In this document: one piece after another, positions 20,901-27,922 of the stretch
Layout of the letters: the number at the start of each line of letters is the position of its first letter
Numbering within the stretch: position 1 is the first letter of the stretch
NCBI GenBank assembly: GCA_963725325.1
Contig: CAVRYF010000006.1
Location: 95,993-159,992 of the forward strand
Origin: an uncultured Acidobacteriota bacterium
GTDB taxonomy: Bacteria > Acidobacteriota > Vicinamibacteria > Vicinamibacterales > 2-12-FULL-66-21
Length of the DNA: 64,000 bases
Reading direction: 5' to 3'
Position numbers and translations under genes: made by a program
Notes under the pieces: model-generated
The model's database searches: none
Told to the model about the DNA's origin: nothing
What the model saw: the letters and a program-made list of their open reading frames with translations, nothing else

Positions 20901-21615
20901 ACGGATACCCTCCGATGGCGCGCCGGTGTTAGGGAGACTCGGCTGGTCCGACGACGCGCCATGGGTCGAATACCACGCCGAGCCTCCTGGCCGCACGGTC
21001 GTGAGGAGCGAAGAGGTCACACGAATTGAGTTGCGGATGGGAAACACCAAGGGACTGTATGCGGGCTACCTGCGCGTCGGTGACGCGCTCGTTCCGTTGC
21101 CAGCCGGCTCGCATCTGGATCGCGCTACCGGCCAGTTCACGTGGGCGCCGGGAGCCGGGTTCATCGGGTCTTACGATCTCGTGTTCATAAAGCGGGCCGA
21201 TGGCATGCGCGCGTTGCGTCAGGAGGTGCGAATCGTCCTGCAGCCGAAAGGGCGGCACCTTGTCGGACCGCAGATTGCTATCGACATGCCAACCACCCAG
21301 CAGGATGTTGGGCAGCCGTTCGTGCTCGCAGGGTGGGCGGCGGATCTCGATTCGCCGTCAGGCACTGGTATCGCTGCGCTGCACGTGTGGGCGTATCCGC
21401 TCGCGGGCGGTCCACCGGTGTTTCTTGGCACCGCCAAGTACGGCGGCGCGCGCACGGATGTCGAGGCGCTTCATGGCGAGGGATTCAGGGATTCGGGATT
21501 CGACCTTGTCGTTCAGAGCCTCGCGCCGGGGACCTACGACCTGGCGGTCTTCGCCTGGAGCATGTCTCGGGCCGACTTTCTACCGGCGCGAACAGTGCGA
21601 GTGACGGTTCGATGA
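17998..21615 (+). CDS. large secreted protein: Cys-rich N-terminus, ~8 PD40/TolB-like propeller repeats, BACON-like, three Ig-like modules (paralogue of 14998..17904)
   Basis: GAGGAGG lies 5 nt upstream of the ATG. There are repeated SADGR[FY]VAF.S.ATNLV..DTNG..DVF motifs. The C-terminal ~600 aa are collinear with the upstream paralogue. The first ~190 aa are atypical, so the start is uncertain. Confidence 0.78.
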   Translation: MAVRRARRQPILAIPDTHQATAVTLVLCLGLSIAGSGRVFALFGWPRAATGRVADGQLVAVATRSSPFSSQPWTAVPTFSERPISGSTAELQEQDECQSNVEGALWPPYCDGYTYCDMYREVCRLSARIGYFRVRFESSCPPCQAPFRLTAGESRRRPLSTSVIPNASTVHADDSSAHTLPGETAVDQPATGDLLVRVSVSSTGAQATGGSSIVPALSADGRFVAFDSGATSLVSNDTNGKRDVFLHDRTTSQVTRVSVAPGGVQANGDSLSPAISADGRYIAFLSSATNLVSGDTNGVADVFVHDRQSGTTERANLGPSGVQANAASWPSDLAWYLEGDMSRSQVAMSEDGRYVAFISGATNFVPPVAGVPGAGVCIRDRQLAQTSCLGRAGRDVTMSRDGRFVAFSDGGVYIHDRTTVQTQLVSVSRTGGAGNAASLAPSVSDDGRYVAFTSDSTDLLASQAGGPRGIYLRDRQNGTTTMISGGRNFHPSISGDARYVAYARFGVGEVVRFDRMTSQIRVISRPLSGTDASNAASFGAAISADGRTVAFASAATNLIPGDTNGQDDVFVAPVGDELPTMALDRTSLRFGAVSNGAGFLFQTSLQTVRLTQTGPATPVTWTAIAAQPWIQVSPSSGTGSSALTITVGQSAGVPPTGTVAGAVNIVFSGATNTVGQVSVTLNVMPNGTSLFPLGFVDTPTDHATGVTGAIPFTGWALDDVEVVNLWICRATTAGEGAAADARCNGKAQVFLGDGVFIEFARTDVQLSYANFPHNSRAGWGFMVLTNMLPAQGNGTYVFYIYAKDAEGRVVQLGTRTITCANASATKPFGTIDTPRQGDVISGTSYVNFGWALTPQPKAIPTDGSTITVIVDGVSVGKADYNHYRPDVAGFFPGLANTNGAIGFRILDTTALANGRHTISWTVTDNQGVTEGLGSRFFTVFNGAGTAANTTEVANRGAAAADTSADALARIPSDGAPVLGRLGWSDDAPWVEYHAEPPGRTVVRSEEVTRIELRMGNTKGLYAGYLRVGDALVPLPAGSHLDRATGQFTWAPGAGFIGSYDLVFIKRADGMRALRQEVRIVLQPKGRHLVGPQIAIDMPTTQQDVGQPFVLAGWAADLDSPSGTGIAALHVWAYPLAGGPPVFLGTAKYGGARTDVEALHGEGFRDSGFDLVVQSLAPGTYDLAVFAWSMSRADFLPARTVRVTVR

Positions 21616-21619
21616 TCCT

Positions 21620-22097
21620 GGCGGCGGGCGCTCGGACTGCCGCGGGATCTTCCGCCTTTAGGCGGAAGGATCCCTTCGAGTCGCAACGAACCACCCTCAC
21701 TCGTAACGGAAGGCGACGGTCGGATCGGTGCGCGCGGTACGCGGCTGCGCCGACAAACGCGTGGCTCTCGTCCTTCCAGGCCGAGATATCGAGGAATGAC
21801 GTGGTATCGCGAAAGACGCCCAGCTTCGGGCTGGTGGCGAACAGCACGACCAGCCGGTCGGCGTCGGGGAACGGCATCGGCCGGAGCACCACGGCGTTCA
21901 CGACGGTGAGGATGGCAGTGGTCGCTCCAATGCCGAGCGCGAGGGTCAGTACGGCCACTGCCGAAACCCGGATCGCGCCGCGTCATCCGGAGGGCGCCGC
22001 GAGCGTCCTGAAGCAGTCGCTCGGCGAACAGGTCCGATTCCTTGCGTCTCCAGTTCCAGTGCGAGCGAAGTCGGACGACCATCTGCCGCAGCGTCAT
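21620..22097 (-). pseudogene. truncated and frameshifted N-terminal remnant of an ADOP/MacB-type permease
   Basis: Two overlapping frames read MTLRQMVVRLRSHWNWRRKESDL..LQDARGALRMTRRDPGF, then AVLTLALGIGATTAILTVVNAVVLRPMPFPDADRLVVL...AAYRA. This matches the N-terminal ~150 aa of the intact ADOP genes at 33301 and 35980. The remaining ~700 codons are missing. Confidence 0.65.
21644..21674 (+). terminator. candidate stem-loop terminator after the cluster
   Basis: gggatcttccgcc-ttta-ggcggaaggatccc (13-bp stem with one bulge), 29 nt after the stop. No U-tract follows it. Confidence 0.4.
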
Positions 22098-22163
22098 GGT
22101 TGCGTAGGCAGGCGACTTTATTGATGCGTAGCGTGTCTACACAAACCGGCGGCGTCGCGAGAA

Positions 22164-23831
22164 CTAGCGCTGCGCCTTGACCTGCGCCGCTGTCACGGCT
22201 GACGCCCCCTTACCAAACGCGCGACGGACGAACGTGAGCGTGTCGGCGATGTCGACGTCGCTGAACGCCGCGGCAAACGGCGGCATCTGGACGGCATACT
22301 TCGCCCGGTTGGCCGGGAGGACCTGCGCGGGTCCCTGCAGGACGACTTTGATGAGCGTCGCCGGATCGCCCGCGACCACGCTGCTGCCGGCGAGCGGCGC
22401 CTGCAGTCCGGCGACGCCGGTGCCGTCGGGCATGTGGCACGCCGCACAGACCTGCTGATAGAGCTGCGCGCCGCGCGAGCCGTCGTTCGTCGCCGTGCTG
22501 GCTGGCGTCGTCTGGAGCGCCGGCCGCACCGCGGTGCTCGTCTCGCCGGTGTAAATCACTCTCCAGATGCGCCCTTTCTCGGTATCGCCGATGTAGAGCG
22601 ACCCGTCGGGGCCCACGGCCAGCCCGAGCGGACGAAAACGTGCGTCGCCCGTGCTGACGAACTCACGCTTGCCGGCAAAGTCATCGGCAAATGTTTCGTA
22701 GGTGCCGACCGGCATGCCCTTGTCGTCGAACGGCACGAAGGCGATCTGATAACCCGCCTGCGCGCGCGGCGCGCGGTTCCACGATCCGTGGAAGGCCACG
22801 AACGCGCCGTTTCTATACTTCTCCGGGAATTGCGTGCCGGCGTAGACCGTCATCTGGATCGGTGCCCAGTGTCCGGGGAACGCGATGACCGGCTTGTCGT
22901 ACGGATCGGGATCGACTCGCTTGATGTTGTCGCCCCCGAACTCGGGCGCGACCATCCGGGCTTTCTTGATCGGATCCCAGTAGGAGTACGGCCAGCCGAA
23001 GTTCGAGCCCTCCTTCACCTGGTGCATTACTTCGGAAACGCGCTCCGCATTGTCGAGCGCGTCGTAGTGTTCAGGATCGACGACGTTGAGGTTGTCGCGT
23101 CCCATCTGGACCATGAAGAAGCTCTTCGAGACCGGTTGCCACGCGAGCGCGAGGGCATGGCGATGGCCCGTCGAGAAGCGCACGCCATCGGCCTGCGTCT
23201 GATTCAGCTTGTTCGCATCGAAGCGCCAGAAACCGCCGTAGGTCTTCTGGAACTCGGTCGCGTCCATGCCTTTCGCGCCGAGCTGGCGGTCGGGCTTGCT
23301 GTAGACGTTGTAAGGAGATCCGATCTCGACGAGCATCCGTCCCTGATCGTCGAAGGCGAATGCCTTCGCGTCGTGATCCCGCTCAGCCGGCAGGTTCGAG
23401 ACGATCGTCTGCAACGGGCTCGTCGGCACGAGCTCGTCAGGCGTGTACTTGTATCGATACACGGCCGTCCGGCTCGAGTGATAGAGCCAGCCGTCGTGGA
23501 AGGCGATGTGCGTGCCGCCGTCGCCTGGGCCGAACTCCTTCGTCTCGTCGATGCGGCCGTCGCCGTTCGTGTCGCGCAGGGCGAAGATCTGACCGAGCCG
23601 CGTCTTGGCGTAAATATCGCCATTTGGCGCGACGGCGATGCCGCGCAGTCGCTCGGCGGTGTTCCCGGCTTTTCTGCCGACGACGAGATTGTCGGCCACG
23701 ACGAGCGCACGGAAGCCCGGCGGTAGCGTGATAGCGCCGTCGTCAGGGTCAGGCGCCGGGAGTTTTGATTGCGCGGCGCCGAGGGTGAAAGCCGAGACGA
23801 GGACAAGGGAAGAAAGGAGCAGATTCTTCAT
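22164..23831 (-). CDS. PQQ-dependent sugar (sorbosone-type) dehydrogenase with C-terminal cytochrome c domain
   Basis: Trimmed to MKNLLLSSLVLVSAFTLGAAQ (signal peptide). The propeller motif is GSNFGWPYSYWDP. The C-terminal haem motif is CAACH, with a downstream Met (QMPPF). Confidence 0.85.
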   Translation of the reverse strand: MKNLLLSSLVLVSAFTLGAAQSKLPAPDPDDGAITLPPGFRALVVADNLVVGRKAGNTAERLRGIAVAPNGDIYAKTRLGQIFALRDTNGDGRIDETKEFGPGDGGTHIAFHDGWLYHSSRTAVYRYKYTPDELVPTSPLQTIVSNLPAERDHDAKAFAFDDQGRMLVEIGSPYNVYSKPDRQLGAKGMDATEFQKTYGGFWRFDANKLNQTQADGVRFSTGHRHALALAWQPVSKSFFMVQMGRDNLNVVDPEHYDALDNAERVSEVMHQVKEGSNFGWPYSYWDPIKKARMVAPEFGGDNIKRVDPDPYDKPVIAFPGHWAPIQMTVYAGTQFPEKYRNGAFVAFHGSWNRAPRAQAGYQIAFVPFDDKGMPVGTYETFADDFAGKREFVSTGDARFRPLGLAVGPDGSLYIGDTEKGRIWRVIYTGETSTAVRPALQTTPASTATNDGSRGAQLYQQVCAACHMPDGTGVAGLQAPLAGSSVVAGDPATLIKVVLQGPAQVLPANRAKYAVQMPPFAAAFSDVDIADTLTFVRRAFGKGASAVTAAQVKAQR

Positions 23832-23976
23832 AGGCGTGGCTCTGCCCGACGATGCTAGCACGGCGGTACCTCGGGGTCTCGTGCCCGTCATGGTGGAGGA
23901 AACTTTCACCGTTCGGGGGGAAAACGCGGGGCTCGCTCCCTCATCATGGGTCACGCGTCAATGACGGGTCTATTCC

Positions 23977-24048
23977 CATGTGGACGGCATTACACGTGCA
24001 CATGTGGACGGCATTACACGTGCAGTTGATACGATTTGATACGAGGGA
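23977..24048. promoter_or_regulatory. two perfect tandem 24-mers followed by two 9-mers in a divergent promoter region
   Basis: catgtggacggcattacacgtgca occurs twice (23977-24000, 24001-24024), followed by ttgatacga-t-ttgatacga (24027-24045). The units contain CACGTG/CATGTG palindrome-like cores. Confidence 0.6.
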
Positions 24049-24101
24049 TCCGAGCGTGTCGAGCCGCGCCAGCACGATATATCGGTACCTGAGGAGTTGT
24101 C

Positions 24102-24485
24102 ATGTCGAACGAGTATCCCCTTCTGCCGGAGAAACGACATATACCTGCCGTCACGCGGGAGACCCCACCTGAGGCCCGTGCAACCGTGATCTCAACCCGC
24201 GATCACGAGCTGATCCGCGAGTGGGCGCGTGGCCTCGGCGCCGAACCGGCGACCGGAGAGGCAACCTCGTCGGGCCCCGCGACCGCGTTGAAGGTCGTCG
24301 ACGGTGGCACGGGCCTGCGGTTCAACTTTCCTGGCATGAGCCCCTTCCGCGAAATCTCCTGGGCGGAGTGGTTCGATCACTTCAACAGTCATGACCTCAC
24401 GTTCGTCTATGACAATGCGCGGGAAGGCGAGACACCAAGTGCCCGATACCGAATCGTCCCGACCGCTGAATTAACAAACAGGTAG
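24102..24485 (+). CDS. hypothetical protein (127 aa)
   Basis: GAGGAG lies 6 nt upstream of the ATG. The composition is coding-like. The C-terminal motif ISWAEWFDHFNSHDLTFVYDN resembles a widespread uncharacterised family, recalled from memory only. Confidence 0.6.
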   Translation: MSNEYPLLPEKRHIPAVTRETPPEARATVISTRDHELIREWARGLGAEPATGEATSSGPATALKVVDGGTGLRFNFPGMSPFREISWAEWFDHFNSHDLTFVYDNAREGETPSARYRIVPTAELTNR

Positions 24486-24602
24486 GAGCTGAATGGACGA
24501 GCGGCTGCGAGAGGTCTGTCGGGATGCCGACACTTCATGTACGGGCGTGGCCGCCAGACTCGGTCAACAGAAAGCGTAAGTTGTCGTCAGGGGATCGAAG
24601 GG

Positions 24603-24678
24603 TGGGGTGGATGACGGGGTTCGAACCCGCGACTTCCGGAGCCACAGTCCGGCGCTCTACCGCTGAGCTACACCCACC
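24603..24678 (-). tRNA. tRNA-His (anticodon GTG) with encoded G-1 and CCA
   Basis: Reverse complement is G GTGGGTG TA GCTC AGCGGTA GAGC G CCGGA CTGTGGC TCCGG AAGTC GCGGG TTCGAAC CCCGT CATCCAC C CCA. Confidence 0.9.
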
Positions 24679-24788
24679 ACAGGTGCAGAATTGTCACGCC
24701 GACGTGTGTCAATCGCACCCCAAGTAGGTGGGCACGAACCACATCGAGTAACTCTGGATTCTAGCACTCGCGCTCGGGCGCGGGCAAA

Positions 24789-25808
24789 TCAGCGCCGGTT
24801 TTCGATTCGTTTTGGGCCGCTCCGTGTGCCGGTGATGTCCACGAGGGTGCCGTTCGCGACGGCCACGGCAGTCGCATGGACCCGCTCGGACTGGCGGCTC
24901 TTCGCTTCGTACATCAACGTGTCCGCCCGCTGAATCAGCTCGGCCGCGAGCTGTCGTGCCACGCCACGGCGTTCCGCGACTGGACCCATCCGCAAGCAGA
25001 CCACGCCGACGTCGACGCTGACGGGATTGTCAGCGAGACGCTCGTCCTCACTGCCCCAGTCGTGTGCGGATACGGCCTGCCGGAACCGCTCCGCGATTTC
25101 CGTCGCTTCCACGCATCCGGGGAGTTGCGGGATGAGGAAACAGTACTCGTCGCCGCCGAAACGCGCATGCAGATCGCGGGCTTCGGTGTTGCGCTCGACC
25201 GCGAGGAAGTCGTCCGATCGGATCTGTTCGGACAGAATCCTGGCGACACGCTCGATGATCTGGTCGCCGACGGCGTGCCCGAACGTGTCGTTGTAGCGTT
25301 TGAAGCTGGTGATGTCTACAACCCCGACACTGCACCACCGAACCCGTTGCTCGACCGCGAGATACGATTCGACGCGCTCCATGAACCAGTTGAAGTTGAG
25401 GAGCTTCGTTTTCGGGTCGCGATGAGACTTGTCGGTCAGGTCGGCGACGACTTCCTCGAAATAGCGCGCGACGTTGCTGACGGTCACATCCTTTTCGGAG
25501 AGCTGGCTCTGCAGGCGGGCCATCTTGGCCGTGAAGCCCTCGGTCAACGCCTGAATCGCCTCGTGCTTCGATTCTTCGACGAGCTGCCGCTGACGGGCGA
25601 GCACCTGTTCCATGACCTCCAGCAACTGCGATTCGCCCTGCAGATCCAGTTTCAGGTTCAGCCTGACCCATTCGCGAAGGTCGTCGAGTGTGCGCGGCAT
25701 GGCCAATTGGGTCGGGACGGTCATTTCCTCGGGCATCTGAGCTGCTGCGGGTCCTCCGGTACCCGTATCAACTCTCGTGCCGGGTTCCGCCAGCCCAGCC
25801 TTAAGCAC
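24789..25808 (-). CDS. GGDEF-domain diguanylate cyclase with N-terminal coiled-coil region
   Basis: RYNDTFGHAVGDQII...RFGGDEYCFLIP (GGDEY active-site variant), with an RxxD-like I-site upstream. Confidence 0.85.
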   Translation of the reverse strand: MLKAGLAEPGTRVDTGTGGPAAAQMPEEMTVPTQLAMPRTLDDLREWVRLNLKLDLQGESQLLEVMEQVLARQRQLVEESKHEAIQALTEGFTAKMARLQSQLSEKDVTVSNVARYFEEVVADLTDKSHRDPKTKLLNFNWFMERVESYLAVEQRVRWCSVGVVDITSFKRYNDTFGHAVGDQIIERVARILSEQIRSDDFLAVERNTEARDLHARFGGDEYCFLIPQLPGCVEATEIAERFRQAVSAHDWGSEDERLADNPVSVDVGVVCLRMGPVAERRGVARQLAAELIQRADTLMYEAKSRQSERVHATAVAVANGTLVDITGTRSGPKRIENRR

Positions 25809-25851
25809 GGTGGTGGTCCGTGAGACGAGTGAACCGAGCCGAAAAAGGGGT

Positions 25852-25992
25852 TCAGGCGCGGAACGCGAATCGCACGACGAGCCCCGCGACGAACCCGACG
25901 ACCCACGCGATGATGGCGGCTCCGGCGAGGACCAGGCCGATGGTCTTCCATGGGATGCGTCGAACGGGTGATGGCGGCTTCATGAGAAGCAT
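25852..25992 (-). CDS. possible small membrane protein (46 aa)
   Basis: MLLMKPPSPVRRIPWKTIGLVLAGAAIIAWVVGFVAGLVVRFAFRA has a single TM segment. It lies 23 nt downstream of the preceding gene. It is the only plausible part of the Arg-rich ORF 25852..26760. Confidence 0.35.
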   Translation of the reverse strand: MLLMKPPSPVRRIPWKTIGLVLAGAAIIAWVVGFVAGLVVRFAFRA

Positions 25993-26015
25993 CTGACCGC
26001 GTCGCGAGCGTTGGC

Positions 26016-26906
26016 CTACGCGCGTGTCAGGGCGGCTTGGGCGGTTTCGGTCCTGATTCTCGCGGCGGCCAGTGACTCGGCGGTCTCCCGCACTCGTCGC
26101 GCCGCCGCTTCTTTCTTGCGCGTCGCGGCGTCGGCGTCGCGCTCGGCGGTTTCGACGGCTTCCTGCGCCGCGTCGAGCGCCTCGCGCGCCTTGGCCAGGT
26201 CGCGAACCGCGCGCTCGGCCTCCCGCGTGGTGCGCGCGGCCTCGAACTCCTCGCGCCGCGCGTGCTGTTCTGCCGTGCGCTCGGCGCGGACCGCGGCGGC
26301 CACGGCTTCCTTCGCTTTGGCGAGCGCCTTCTCGCGCGCGGCGTCCTTCTTTGGCGATCCAGCCCCGCCTGTCGGTTCCTTCGGTTTCACCGGCGCCGCG
26401 GCCGGCCGGGTTTGCCCGAGCGACACGGCCGCTGGCAGGCCAGCCAGCAGCTCGAAACCCGTTGGCTGGAGCACTTGCGTCAGGCGTCCAGGAGGGTCGG
26501 TCGACGCAGGCAGTGCGCGCAGCGTCGTCGCGATGGCCTGCCTCGTCGCGTCGGTTGCGGGTTGACCGGCGTCCCCGAGGATCGCGATCGCCAGTTTCAC
26601 CACCGCTTCGAGCGCGTCTTCGTGCGCCTTGCCTGCCGCGCGCAGGTCGGCTTTCTTTCCCGTAACGACCGCGGTATGTGCGGCGCGCAACGCCGCCGCC
26701 GCCGCCGTCAGGGCATGGAATGCCGGTCGACCTCGCCAGTAGACTTGATTGATTGCCCATGCGGCGACCGGAGGCTTCTGGAGCGCGCGTATCTCGGCGG
26801 CCGCGGCGCCCGAGGCTTTCGCGAGCGCGTTGCGCGCGGCCGTGAACTCATCGAGCGGCAGCTGATAGAGGCCGTCGATGTGCGCGTCTATGGGTCGTGG
26901 CGCCAT
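26016..26906 (-). CDS. hypothetical protein, Ala-rich with C-terminal coiled coil
   Basis: The 296-aa ORF has coherent composition (MAPRPIDAHIDGLYQLPLDEFTAARNALAK...). The overlapping ORFs in other frames are Arg-rich shadows. Confidence 0.6.
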   Translation of the reverse strand: MAPRPIDAHIDGLYQLPLDEFTAARNALAKASGAAAAEIRALQKPPVAAWAINQVYWRGRPAFHALTAAAAALRAAHTAVVTGKKADLRAAGKAHEDALEAVVKLAIAILGDAGQPATDATRQAIATTLRALPASTDPPGRLTQVLQPTGFELLAGLPAAVSLGQTRPAAAPVKPKEPTGGAGSPKKDAAREKALAKAKEAVAAAVRAERTAEQHARREEFEAARTTREAERAVRDLAKAREALDAAQEAVETAERDADAATRKKEAAARRVRETAESLAAARIRTETAQAALTRA

Positions 26907-26967
26907 CTCCGGACAGAATACAGGCTTCCCAGGCCTGTCCCAAACGCAGCCGCCCGGGAGCCGCCCG

Positions 26968-27078
26968 GGTGTCAGGCAGTGAATCGTGAATCCCGCTGCG
27001 TTCAGACATTTCTACGGCTGGATTCACGATTCACTGCCTGACACCGGCGGCTGGATTCACGATTCACTGCCTGACACC
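26968..27078. repeat. three-arm inverted/direct repeat (one left arm, two identical right arms)
   Basis: ggtgtcaggcagtgaatcgtgaatcc (26968-26993) is complementary to ggattcacgattcactgcctgacacc. That sequence occurs within two identical 30-mers at 27016-27045 and 27049-27078. Each arm contains GTGAATC twice. Confidence 0.9.
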
Positions 27079-27181
27079 GATGAACTGGCCCGATAGGGCG
27101 GGCACGGGAGGAGCGGGTCAGGGGACAGATATGATAGGCAGGCCGTGCAGAGCCCGGTACACACCGGGCTGGAAGGGCGTA

Positions 27182-27922
27182 ATGGAACCGGGTGACGTGC
27201 GCTTCAACGGTGGTTTTCCCGCGACCCGCCATTCGGCGATTGAGCGGATTCGTGACGCCGACCCCGAGACCCGGCGCGAGGCGTTCGGCGACCTGGTCGA
27301 CGGCTACTGGCGGCCCGTCTACAAGCACCTCCGTCTCACGTGGCACCTCGACGCCGAGGACGCGCGCGATCTCACGCAGGGCTTCTTCGCCGACGCGTTT
27401 CAGAAGGCCTGGCTCGAGCGCTACGAGCCGGGCAAGGCCAGGTTCCGCACGTTCGTTCGTGTCTGCGCCGACCGGTTCGTCATGAACATGCGACAGTCGT
27501 CTTCCCGGCTGAAGCGCGGCGGCGGCGTCCAGACGCTGCCGCTCGATTTCGAAGGCGCCGAGCGCGAGGTCGCCTCGCGCGGGCTCGTCGCGATTCCCGA
27601 TCCAGACGAGCTCTTTCATCAGGAGTTCGTGCGCGCGCTCTTCGACAAGACGGTGCAGGACCTGCGGGCGGAGTACGAAGAGCGAGGGCGCCCGATCCCC
27701 TTCGCCCTCTTCGAGCGCTACGATCTCACACCGGCCGAGGGCGTGAGCTACGCGCAGCTTGCCGCCGAGTTCAGCCTGACGCCAGCCCAGGTGACGAACA
27801 GCCTCGCGCAGGTCCGCCGCCGCTTCCGCGAGCGCGCGCTCGACGCGTTGCGCGGGCTGTGCGGCAGCGACCAGGAGTTTCGACGCGAGGCGCGCGATCT
27901 CTTTGGACTGGACGTCGAGTGA
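27182..27922 (+). CDS. ECF-like sigma-70 family factor (kinase-associated type)
   Basis: Trimmed to the ATG at 27182. It has a region 2-like segment (AEDARDLTQGFFADAF) and a region 4 HTH (VSYAQLAAEFSLTPAQVTNSLAQVRRRFRE). Its TGA overlaps the kinase GTG as GTGA. Confidence 0.72.
   Translation: MEPGDVRFNGGFPATRHSAIERIRDADPETRREAFGDLVDGYWRPVYKHLRLTWHLDAEDARDLTQGFFADAFQKAWLERYEPGKARFRTFVRVCADRFVMNMRQSSSRLKRGGGVQTLPLDFEGAEREVASRGLVAIPDPDELFHQEFVRALFDKTVQDLRAEYEERGRPIPFALFERYDLTPAEGVSYAQLAAEFSLTPAQVTNSLAQVRRRFRERALDALRGLCGSDQEFRREARDLFGLDVE

Noticed and set aside
24684-24712. Possible promoter for tRNA-His (perfect TTGACA on the minus strand at 24712-24707)
   Set aside because: No acceptable -10 hexamer lies at 16-18 nt spacing. 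The best candidate, GACAAT, is only 11 nt away. I did not report it as a feature.
24524-24727. 67-aa + strand ORF
   Set aside because: It lies antisense across tRNA-His.
25852-26760. 302-aa minus-strand ORF
   Set aside because: Most of it overlaps the better-composed ORF 26016..26906 in another frame and is Arg-rich. Only the last 46 codons (25852-25992) are kept, as a low-confidence small membrane protein.
27340-27918. 193-codon N-terminal extension of the second kinase ORF
   Set aside because: It is an Arg/Ala-rich frame overlapping the sigma-factor gene. The kinase domain begins just after the GTG at 27919, which overlaps the sigma stop.
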